62,351 bases of DNA from assembly GCF_001194135.2 (NCBI RefSeq), contig NC_068988.1, positions 20,947,119 through 21,009,469 of the forward strand. Direction: 5' to 3'. The translations under genes were made by a program, and so were the position numbers. Position 1 is the first letter of the stretch. Each line of letters starts with the position of its first letter. Under the pieces are notes generated by a model. That model was not told the DNA's origin and did not search any database. It was given only the letters and a program-made list of their open reading frames with translations. This document shows, piece after piece, positions 51,821-62,351 of the stretch. This DNA is from Octopus bimaculoides. Taxonomy: Eukaryota.

Positions 51821-54252
51821 AATTTGTAGATTACTAACATTGAAAAAGCAGAATGTCATGTAAATAACTAACTACTGAGGTACATATTCTATTTTAGAAT
51901 ACCGGCTATATCAATGTTCTAAAAACCATTAATATTCATACATTTATTTCTCTAATAATGGCTGGTTGAAGTGGCTGACACCTTGAAATGTTTTCTTTAT
52001 ATTCAAATTTAATTTCATCAGATTTATTGCCATTTTATGTACAACAAATATTCCTTGATATCCTAAGTTTCAATATGGATTAAACCATTTTAGAACAACA
52101 TGAATAAAGCATGTTACAACAAAAGTAAATACACTAAAAATACACACACAAAAAAAAAAGCATAAAATTACACATATAGGCGCAGGAGTGGCTGTGTGGT
52201 AAGTAGCTTGCTTACCAACCGCATGGTCCCGGGTTCTTCTCAAATGAGTGGCACTAATCAGTCATGAAGACTAGACTGAAATTCCAATACTGACTCAGCT
52301 CATTGAAATGATGGCCCATCACTCCTTCCCTGCCAAAGATGCAGGAATACTTTCAGTATTTATCTCGCCTGCCCCTGTTAGACTCCCTTCATTGCTTCTA
52401 AGCTTCTGTTTGAGAAATCAAAGTTGGTCGGTACTATCCTCATGTCAGCTTCCAAGGCACTATAACATGGTTGATCTTGGAATTCCATGGAAGAGATGAA
52501 TCTGTGATGATAGGCACAGCACCAACTGTAGGGGGCTACCAAGCATTCAGTTTATCAAATGTGGCTTTACTATCAGCCTACCTTGCTATGCTGTAGTGCA
52601 GGAACCAAAATTATGATTACTACCTTACCCTTGCCATTTTGTCACCGTTGTTGGTCAGACAATTTGGATCTTCCATCAGTTATTGATACTAGAGCAGATA
52701 CTGCCCAACATCAGAACAAGTCACCTTGTTAGAAGCTTACTGTTGGAATCAAGACATTTTGTGAATCAACAGTGTCATCTGGCTCCTTTCCTTTGTGTAA
52801 GCTTGAAGTTGGTCCCTGATTGCATATTCGACAAAGCCATATTTGCAGCTAGCTTCCATATGCAAAGGCCACTTCACTATCTACCACCTATGGATGTTAA
52901 AGAATGCATTGGAATGTTAGCCAATTCTGAAGTGACAAGTAAGTAGTATAAACATGAGACACGGGTTGTGATGCTGAAAAATTTTATGGAATTTCTCCAG
53001 AGAAATTGACCATAACATCAAAGCAAAAAGCAGATAGAATTATTATAAGATCTTGGGTACTGCAATTCTCCGTGATAACAGAGTGGATATAAGAATGGCA
53101 ATTCTTAGCGGGCTATGGATTCTGTCTGTCACTGATGAAGTGTGACATACAGAAACATGTATCCTCAGTCTGATGATGATATTCATAGCCCAGTTCAGTG
53201 TTTTCACACACACCGTCTATAAGGAAAATTTCTCTTCTCAGACAGTAGTCACAGCAAAAGTCTTTCCACATTTGAATGTACACAAATATTTTGAATATTA
53301 ATGTACACATCATATCTTAATAATCACTTCTTTGTGTGCTCTTAATTAATTCTGACTTGACAAAACTCTGCACACACCAGCAAATATATTATTTGCTGTT
53401 TACATATAAGAATGAATGTTCTTAGTGGGCTGTTAATGATGAATTCAGTGTCTTTGACAGGTGATGTGTAACAACACAGAAACATGTGTGCTACTCTCTA
53501 ATGACGTTGTTCATAGTCTAGCTCAATGTTTTCACAGACATTGCCTGCAAGGTGAATTTCTCTTCCCAGACAGTTATTCTAGAGAATGTCTTTTCACATT
53601 TGAGTGTACACAAAAATTTTAAATATAAATTAACACAATTTTAAAAAATTGTATATGATAACTAAAGACAGGTTCAATAGAACTATAGACACATTTTAGC
53701 ACAATTTCATTTCATGTTTTTCTATATTCTTTTCATTCTGTTCGTGATTTCACTCATTGACTTATGACCATTTTGGGACACATCCTTCAAACACATAGCT
53801 GAATATAATCAACTCTGTTCTTCATTGGTACTTATCAACCTCAGAATAGTATTTCAGTGTAGTTATATTTCATCAGCTACAGATTCTGAATTAGTCATTC
53901 ATAGCCCTCTAAGGACAGTCATTCTTATATGTAAACAGCAAAAAATATATTTGCTGTTGTGTACAAAGCTTTGTCGGGCTGAATTAATTAATTAAAATTA
54001 TGCAAAGTAATGATTATAAAAATAAAGATGTGTACATTTATATTTAACATAATTCATATTGACTCAAATGTAGAAAAACCTTTGTGATGATTGTCTAGGA
54101 AGAGAAATACTCGTTATAGAGAATGTGTGTGAAAACCCAGAGGTGTGTCAAGAATGATATCATCAGATTGTAGAATACATGTTTCTGTATGCTAAAGCAA
54201 AGTCAGCCTATGCAGGAATTGAATTCAGTAAATAACTGGACATAATCAAATA

Positions 54253-54498
54253 CAGTAATCCCTTGTCTATTACAGGTGTTACATCCCAAAACTCCCCACG
54301 ATAGGTGAAAATCCATGAAGTAGAAACAGTACTGTATTGTGTATTTTTTAATTTTTATAATCTGTATATATTTATTTTATTATAAATACAAAACAACACC
54401 ACAGAGGAATCAATGTAAACTTAAATAATAAACTGCAATAGGTAAACCACAATAGGTAAGCCACAATAGGTGAACCGCAATATGGTGAGGAATTACTG
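54253..54498. mobile_element. pogo/Tigger-like MITE
   Basis: TA|CAGTAATCCCT ... AGGAATTACTG|TA ends; three subterminal 14-mer repeats AATAGGT(A/G)A(A/G)CC(A/G)C. Confidence 0.7.
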
Positions 54499-55184
54499 TA
54501 CCACAAAATATTTTGTCTGACGCTTTACCTCTTCCCCAGCTGTTTTTTTTTTTTTCTTGTTTTGTAGCATTCAAGAATGGAAAGAGATTAACTTGTGTCT
54601 TCAGTTTTATTAAAGTAATGAGAGAATACATATACAAAGCTACAGTGTAGCTACTTTAACAATAATTGGCATTTTCATCAGGTATAACATAACTGAAATC
54701 TGGTGTTACTAAATCTTTTTGCTTGGTGGTCAAATATTTTAGTATTCTGGTGTATAACAGATGCCAATATGAAGATAACAAAAGGTTCAATTTGGAAAAC
54801 AACTGCACAACTTGTAAACTAATAAATTAAATTAAGTTCAATTCAGAGACTCTTTCATAGAAAGACTGAAATATATTCAAATATCTTTACCTACTTCAAA
54901 TTTAATTTCTCTGTCTTGCAAACCATGTTGTGCTTTCTAGAATTAGCAAATAGATAACAAATTTTGAAACTCAGCTCCCGAGACTCATTGAAAGTGTACT
55001 TTCATAACTTAGAAAGTAACTCAATGTAAATTTAATTCTTTGTGTATTCAACCTTTGTTTAATATTTTCATAACTTATCCATGACTGGCTCCATATTGTC
55101 TTTTATTACCTTCAGATTATTTTTTCTGAACTTGAAAATTTGCTAATTTTTTATGTTATTATTATTGTTGTTGTTGTTGTTGTG

Positions 55185-55410
55185 AAGGTGATGAGCTGGC
55201 AGAATTGTTAGCATGCCAGGCAAAATGCTTAGCCATATTTCACCCATCTTTACGTCCTGAGTTCAAATTCTGCCAAGGTTGACTTTGCCTTTCATCCTTT
55301 CAGGGTCGATAAATTGAGTACCAGTGAAACATTGGGGTCAATGTAATTGACTAGTCCTCTCCCCACAGATTTCAGGCCTCATGCCTAGAGTAGAAAGGAT
55401 TATTATTATT
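55185..55410 (+). mobile_element. tRNA-related SINE with a Meta/MESC-like central domain (family D)
   Basis: CTGGCAGAATTGTTAGC...GAGTTCAAATTC, then GGTTGACTTTGCCTTTCATCCTTTCAGGGTCGATAAATTGAGTACC, resembling the Meta-SINE domain as recalled. Copies at ~692-805, 7850-8065, 18720-18908, 59658-59800 (+) and 4620-4830, 42290-43270 cluster, 61895-62100 (-). Confidence 0.65.
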
Positions 55411-55924
55411 ATTGTTGTCATCATCATCATCATCATCATCATCATCTTTAATGTCATCATCCTTTTTGTCCACATCATCATCACCATTGACACCTGTACC
55501 ACTATTACCATCATCATCATTACACTAATGACTACAAAAGCAAAAACTATCATCATGAACATACTGATCAGTATAGTTTCCATGAACTTGAATATCATCC
55601 CCATTTTCATCATCATATCGTTATTGTCATCACTGTCATTGTCCTCATTGTTACGTCTGTTTTTCCATGCTGACAAATGCTTGAAAGGACTTTTTCAAGC
55701 AGTGTTTTACAGACCTAAGTCCTTTCTGATGCCAACCATTTTAGTCACCTCTTATGATATACGGGGTTATAGTACACCTGCCGCAAAAACAAACAAACAC
55801 ACCAATGTATGTGTGCACAGGCATACACACACGTGTGCATGCACATACATATGCACACACATACATACATGCATACATACATACATACACACACACATAT
55901 GTACATACATTTATCCACATACCT

Positions 55925-56102
55925 GAATGGATGGGTGGATGGATGGACTGATGGATGGATAGATGGACAGACAGACAGACAGAAGGACTGACTGACAGAC
56001 GTATGGATGGATGGATTGATGGATAGACGGACAGACGGACGGACGGACGGACGGACAGACCAACTGATGGATAGATGGACAGATGGGTGGATGGATGGGT
56101 GG
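55925..56102. repeat. Compound tetranucleotide array (TGGA/GACA/CTGA/GACG)
   Basis: Direct reading of the sequence. Confidence 0.85.
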
Positions 56103-56114
56103 CTACTCTTTTAC

Positions 56115-56329
56115 TCTTTCACTCTTTTACTTGTTTCAGTCATTAGACTGCGGCCATGCTGGAGCACCGCCTTTAGTCAAGCAAATCGACCCCAGGACTT
56201 ATTTTTTGTAAGCCTAATACTTATTCTATTGGTCTCTTTTGCTGAACGGCTAAGTTACAGGGATGTAAACACACCAGCATCGGTTGTCAAGCGATGCTGG
56301 GGGGACAAACACAGACGCACAAACATATA

Positions 56330-56362
<33 letters not shown>

Positions 56363-56465
56363 GACGGGTTTCTTTCAGTTTCCATCTACCAAATCCACTC
56401 ACAAGGCTTTGGTCGGCCCAAGGCTATAGTAGAAGACACTTGCCCAAGGTGCAACGCAGTGGGAA
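56115..56465 (-). mobile_element. Family A+B SINE
   Basis: Reverse complement aligns to 12450-12790. Confidence 0.8.
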
Positions 56466-56934
56466 TGATTGCAATTTGAATAAGAACAGAGAAGAGAAAC
56501 CTGATATCTTGGGCCAAACCCTTTGTCTAATCGAAAAAAATTGTTTTCGAAACGTTTGAGAGAGGATATTTGACATCATGTTTTCATGGAGATTCTCATA
56601 CATCATATCATGATGCATGAAAACATGAGGGAGAGTTGGGAGGGAGTATAACCCAGCAAACCCCCCCCCAAAAAAAAACAAGGTATTAGTAAGAGGTCAA
56701 TGGTGAGAGTGAAAACTGAAATGTAGAAAAAGAATACTGATAACTCAAGCTGAGTTTGACACACATTATAGATGGAGGGGTGAGCTTAAAAGTGTATCAA
56801 TCATTAGTGTTGGGAGAACGTAACAACCCATGCCAGTATGGAAAACAGACATTAAAGGATAATGATGGTGTACATACGAACCCCACAAACACATAAACAA
56901 AAATGGCGGTAAGTGGAATCTATATTTATATTGC

Positions 56935-57212
56935 TCTGCCGCTGGACTGGCTCTTGTGCAGGTCGCACGTAAAATACACCATTTTGAGCATGGCCGTTGC
57001 CAGTACCGCCTGACTGGCCTTCGTGCCGGTGGCACGTAAAAGCACCCACTACACTCTCTGAGTGGTTGGCATTAGGAAGGGTATCCAGCTGTAGAAACTC
57101 TGCCAGATCAGATTGGAGCCTGGTGTAGCCGTTTGGTTCACCAGTCCTCAGTCAAATCGTCCAACCCATGCTAGCATGGAAAGTGGACGTTAAACGATGA
57201 TGATGATGATGA
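56935..57212 (+). mobile_element. Family C repeat
   Basis: Aligns to 59005-59290. Confidence 0.8.
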
Positions 57213-57246
57213 TTGCTCTGATAGAGAAGAAAGGGTAACATGCAAA

Positions 57247-57693
57247 CAGAGCTGGATTAAGACCTTTTAGAAAACTAAAGCACTTAAAAGATTTTGGTAT
57301 TCCTTTATATATGTAATTCAAAATATAATTGATAATAAACCATAAAATAAATTTTTATTTTTCAAAATGAAACAAAATTAACAGTAAAGATGGAAAGTAT
57401 TATGTTTGAATACTTCCACTTATATTATATATTATATATTATATTATATATTATATTGGAGAAGTTTTCTCCTGCTTTTTTTAATTGCAAAGTTTTTGAT
57501 CAGCTCCTCAAAATTAATCTTATGTAACACATCTGCTTTTATCCAAAGTAAAGACAAGGCACCCTGAATATTATTTTAGCAAGTTTAAAGTGATTTCTTT
57601 TGTGCTGTAAGCCATTTACCATTTCTTTGGTGCATCCCTTTCCTTGATGCCCTAATCATGTGCTTATTTTGCCTAGTGGTTAATCCAGCACTG
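57247..57693. mobile_element. hAT-like MITE
   Basis: 14-bp TIRs CAG(A/T)GCTGGATTAA; 8-bp flanks CATGCAAA / CATGTAAG (6/8). A related 5' end lies at ~49611-49710. Confidence 0.7.
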
Positions 57694-57889
57694 CATGTAA
57701 GGAGTAAGTGGCAAGAATATATGCATGAATGTGTACAGATGATTCCCGATGAGTCTTCAATGAAAGACAAAAAAACTAATCAGCTTGATCCTCAATCCAA
57801 GCGGCCAGAATCCTTGGTTTTAATCATGGGGTCTGTTTTTCAGGGAAGCTGAATGTATATATGTTTATTGAACAAATGTATATATCTCT

Positions 57890-58410
57890 ACATTGCTCCT
57901 CCTCCTCCTCCTCATCATCGTCGTTGTCATCATTGTTGTTGTTGTCATTGCCGCCACCATTGTCATCATTGTCATCATCACCACCACTGTTGCCGCCGTC
58001 ATCATCATCACAGCCACCGTTGCCATCGTCATCATTATCGTAATTGTTATCGCTACCACCGTTGTCTTCGTCATCATCATCGTCGTTGCCACCACCATTG
58101 TCATTGTTGTCATCATCACCACTGCCATCGTCATCATCATCGTGGTCATCATTGCTGCCACCATTCTCACCGTCATCGTCATCATTGTCATCACTGCCAC
58201 TACAGTCGTCATCGTCGCCACTACCGTTGTCATTGTCATCATCATCATCACTGCTGCCATCATTGTCATCATTGTCGTCTTCACTGCTGCCATCATCATC
58301 ATCGTCATCATTATTGCCATCATCATTATCATCATCACCATCACTGCCACCACCACCACCACCACCACCACCACCACCACCACCTTCATCATCATCATCC
58401 CCACTACTGC
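57890..58410. repeat. Long degenerate (CAT/CGT/CAC/TGT) trinucleotide array
   Basis: Direct reading; source of the overlapping poly-D/H/I/S ORFs. Confidence 0.9.
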
Positions 58411-58711
58411 CACCAACCCATCGTCTGTAGTATATTACCACTCATCTCTGACCTCTGCTTCTCATATAACCTCTCATCTGCAAAGTCCCACATCCTGATA
58501 TCTAACCTCTCTATTTCCTCTCAGCAATAGATTCAAAAACTGCAGATTTGTTTTACAAGCCAAACCCGCTTTCTTGAAGTTGATATCATTATCACCAAAT
58601 CTGTTAAGTGATGTTGACACTTAAAGCAAATACATAAAACGGAATTAGAGCCTACCACAACAAAGCAATCATATACATCATTTGTGTGCATGTGTACATG
58701 TACATATTCGG

Positions 58712-59262
58712 ATAAGACCTCTGCCAGGGGTGTAGCCAGCCCACTTATGCGTACCTTGCCTTCATTGGACACTAAACTCCGCTTGCAAAGACCTGTTGAG
58801 GCAAGTGAAATCGAAATCGAACTAAATTCGACGACTGGCACCCATGCCAACGTCGTCTCCTTCATTGGACACGAAACTCAGCTTGCGAAGACTTATTGGG
58901 GCAAGCGAAAGCAAAATCGGGATGGCACCTGTGCCCAGTGTCGCTTTTCTGGCACTTGTGCTTGCACCATGTGTAATGACTTTCGAGCGAGATCGTTGCC
59001 AGTGCCCCTGGACTAGCTCTTGTGCGGGTAGCACATAAAATACACAATTTTGAGCGTGGTTGTTGCCAGTATTGCCTGACTGGCCTTCGTGCGGGTGACA
59101 CGTAAAAGCACCTACTACACTCTCGGAGTGGTTGGCATTAGGAAGGGCATCCAGCTGTAGAAACTCTGCCAAATCAGATTGGAGCCTGGTGTCACTGTCG
59201 GGCTCCACCAGTCCTCAGTCAAATCGTCCAACCCATGCTAGCATGGAAAGCGGACATTAAAC

Positions 59263-59297
<35 letters not shown>
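58712..59297 (+). mobile_element. Long RTE-tail repeat (family C) with an internal ~100-bp tandem duplication
   Basis: Ends CCAACCCATGCTAGCATGGAAAGCGGAC(A/G)TTAAACG(ATG)n; the CCTTCATTGGACAC... unit occurs twice. Other copies at 5500-5892 (-), 19451-19603 (-), 19700-19851 (+), 56935-57212 (+), 60720-61021 (-). Confidence 0.8.
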
Positions 59298-59298
<1 letters not shown>

Positions 59299-60719
59299 AT
59301 ATATATATTCTTTTAGTCATTGACTTGTTTCAGTCATGTGACTGTGTCCATGATGGAGCATAACCTTTAGTCAAACAAATTGACCCTAGAACTTATTCTT
59401 TGTAAGACTAGTACTTATTTTATCGGCCTCTTTTGCCGAACCGCTAAGTTATGGGGGCTTAAACATACCAACATCGGTTGTCAAGTGATGGTGTGGGTCG
59501 GAGAAACACAGACAATGTGTAGACATTTGCAAACAACTGCTGGCATCTCCTTCAGATACCCATTTTTGATATTGAATTGTAACTAGGGATAGAAAATGGT
59601 TTTATTTCCTTTGAGTCACTCTGTAACTTCTGACTGTTATTCATAAAATATATCCATTAGGCGGTGAACTGGCAGAATTGTTAGCATGCCAGCAGAAATG
59701 CTTAGCAGCATGTTTTCTAACTTAACATTCTGAGTTCAAATGCCATGGAGGTCGACTGTGCCTTTTATCCTTTTGGGGCTGATAAAATAAATTAACATGA
59801 AATTTTGATGGAAGGTTTTAATTTAGGAAGTTTTTATCATTAGAACCAGGGACAGGCTCAGTGGGGTTCATATCAAAAGGTCAAAGCTAGCATTCATACA
59901 ATGTTCTTTTATTCTTTCATTTTTTTTTTACTTGTTTCAGTCATTTGACTGCGGCCCTGCTGGAGTACCACCTTATAGGGTTTTTTTAGTCAAAGAAATC
60001 AGCCCCAGGACTTATTTTTTGTAAGCCTAGTACTTATTCTATTGGTCTCTTTTGCCAAACTGCTAAGTTACTAGGACATAAAGACACCAACACCAGTTGT
60101 CAAGTGGTGATGGGTGGGGNNNNNNNNNNNNNNNNNNNNNNNNNNNNNNNNNNNNNNNNNNNNNNNNNNNNNNNNNNNNNNNNNNNNNNNNNNNNNNNNN
60201 NNNNNNNNNNNNNNNNNNNNNNNNNNNNNNNNNNNNNNNNNNNNNNNNNNNNNNNNNNNNNNNNNNNNNNNNNNNNNNNNNNNNNNNNNNNNNNNNNNNN
60301 NNNNNNNNNNNNNNNNNNNNNNNNNNNNNNNNNNNNNNNNNNNNNNNNNNNNNNNNNNNNNNNNNNNNNNNNNNNNNNNNNNNNNNNNNNNNNNNNNNNN
60401 NNNNNNNNNNNNNNNNNNNNNNNNNNNNNNNNNNNNNNNNNNNNNNNNNNNNNNNNNNNNNNNNNNNNNNNNNNNNNNNNNNNNNNNNNNNNNNNNNNNN
60501 NNNNNNNNNNNNNNNNNNNNNNNNNNNNNNNNNNNNNNNNNNNNNNNNNNNNNNNNNNNNNNNNNNNNNNNNNNNNNNNNNNNNNNNNNNNNNNNNNNNN
60601 NNNNNNNNNNNNNNNNNNNNNNNNNNNNNNNNNNNNNNNNNNNNNNNNNNNNNNNNNNNNNNNNNCTTCTTCATTGTGATTAAAATGGCACCAAAAGGAA
60701 AAGAATTGTCTGAAGATTT

Positions 60720-61021
60720 CATCATCATCATCATCATCATCGTTGTTTAACGTCCGCTTTCCATACTAGCATGGGTTGGATGATTTGACTGAGGACTGGT
60801 GAAACCAGATGGCTACACCAGGCTCCAATCTGATTTGGCAGAGTTTCTACAGCTGGATGCCCTTCCTAACGCCAACCACTCCAAGAGTGTAGTGGGTGCT
60901 TTTACGTGCCACCGGCATGAAGGCCAGTCAGGTGGTACTGGCAACGGCCACGCTCAAAATGGTGTATTTTATGTGCCACCTGCACAGGAGCCAGTTCGGC
61001 GGCACTGGCAATGATCTCGCT
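60720..61021 (-). mobile_element. Family C repeat abutting the Tc1 remnant
   Basis: Reverse complement aligns to 58985-59285. Confidence 0.8.
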
Positions 61022-61865
61022 TGAAAGACAATTATTTTTATTTTGCCCGAGAATGGTTTAGGATACAGGTTGATTAGCAAACGAATACATGTTCGTGTAA
61101 ACACAGTTGCCGAAGTAATTCAGAAGTACAAAGATACTGGATGGCTCATCCAGGTCGTCCTTCTATTTTAACTACGTGTGATATTCGCCACATCCACTTA
61201 AGAAGTGTCTTCTGTTAGTGGAAAGAGTGTATATGCCCAAACAGTTCGCTGAAGTTTGTACCAGTGTGGTTTTCATGGATGCATTCCTCATAGGAAGCTT
61301 CTCCTCATTGCTAGGCATAAATCAAGTCGTCTTTCTTTTGCCAAAACCTATGTGAGAAAGGTGAAGGAGTTTTGGAATAAAATTTTTTTTCTGACGAGAC
61401 TAAAATCAACTTGTTTGGGTCAGATGGTATTAAACAAGTATGACAACGACTAGGTTGAAGATAATAGTGACAAATGCACCATGCCTACCATGAAACACGG
61501 TGGTGGGAGTATTATGCTTTGGGGATGCATGAGTGCGGTTGCTGTGGGAGGACTCACATTTATTGAGAGAAGAATGGGTTCAAGGCTCTATTGTGACATA
61601 TTGCAGAAAACAATGTTGAAAAGCATCATGGAACTAGGAAGGCATTCCATGTTCCAACATGATAATGACCCTAAACACACTTCAAAGATAACGATAAAAA
61701 GGGAAAAATTTTGCCTTGGCCTACCGTGTCACTTGATTTAAACCCAATAGAACATCTGTAGGATATTTTGAAAAGAAGGTTTGGGAGAAAAAAACCCACA
61801 ATGTAACACAGTTGAAAGACATCATTCAGGATGAAAGGAGGTCAATTTCATCTAATACAATAAAT
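61022..61865 (+). pseudogene. Tc1-like (DD34E) transposase remnant, 5' end cut by a SINE
   Basis: GLGYRLISKRIHVRVNTVAEVIQKYKDTG (HTH region); SDETKINLFGSDG; KHGGGSIMLWGC; FQHDNDPKH; LNPIEHL. Stops and frameshifts. Confidence 0.85.
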
Positions 61866-62351
61866 GTGAAAGCTAATTTTTGTGTGTCAGTGTGGCACAC
61901 TTTGGCCCCACTCAAATTTTGGGGAAGGGATTAAGTTGATTACATCAACCCCACTACATAACTGGTACTAATGTTATTGACCCTGAAAGGATGAAAAGCA
62001 AAGTCAATCTCAGCAGAATTTGAACTCAAACCCTAATGGCAGACGAAATACTGCTAAGCATTTCACCTGGCGTGCTAACGATTCTGCCAGCTCACTGCCT
62101 TAATATAATATAATATAATAAATGTGAATGTCCGTGTGTCACACTTTTTCAACTTTACTCCTAGAGGTTGTAGCCCAACATATCATAACATTTTGGAATC
62201 AAGCTTACTCCGTGAAGTAAATTAAAAACATTCTGGGCTGAATCTGGACCCGTAATCCTGAAATTTTGGATCCCCAAGTTTTCGTTAATGTGATTGTTTC
62301 CAGCAATTTTTTTACGTGACTTTTTGCAATAAATTTTTTTGTACAATAACA

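Noticed and set aside
52240-53090. Non-repetitive 850-bp stretch, possibly a LINE 5' end
   Set aside because: No convincing endonuclease or RT motif could be read.
53260-53620. C..KC.KTF readings suggesting C2H2 zinc fingers
   Set aside because: No HxxxH or linker, and stops follow immediately.
57824-58530. Overlapping 128-225 aa ORFs (poly-D/G, poly-H/C, poly-I/V)
   Set aside because: All are readings of one degenerate trinucleotide array; no domain and no credible start or splice context.
1-62351. CRISPR arrays, rRNA, intact tRNA genes, intact transposase or RT ORFs
   Set aside because: None seen.

Overview
AT-rich, microsatellite- and SINE-saturated eukaryotic DNA with eight N-gaps. The repeat landscape suggests an octopus or other cephalopod (inference). 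None of the ORF-track entries is a credible host protein; they are microsatellite, gap-spanning or transposon-derived. The one recognisable host coding exon is too short for the track: a minus-strand 37-codon exon (39975-40086) encoding MGAQQTKEPRSSSSGKSKVPKTKEPRISSGNIFAEHN followed by a phase-1 GTAAGT donor, matching the myristoylated 1b cap exon of Abl tyrosine kinase. The common SH3 exon is not visible, so positions 1-39974 appear to be a >40 kb first intron. That intron holds a second promoter-like CpG-retaining segment (~25 kb) and several candidate alternative N-terminal exons and microexons whose phases fit Abl. Upstream of the promoter (~41.2 kb), 44564-45124 is a 151-bp inverted repeat enclosing near-identical copies of sequence from 1.6 kb upstream and 1.2 kb downstream, joined by microhomologies. 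The rest is decayed mobile DNA: tRNA-derived SINEs, RTE LINE ends, four Tc1/mariner-type fossils, several MITEs, a Penelope-like fragment and a tRNA-Glu 3' half.
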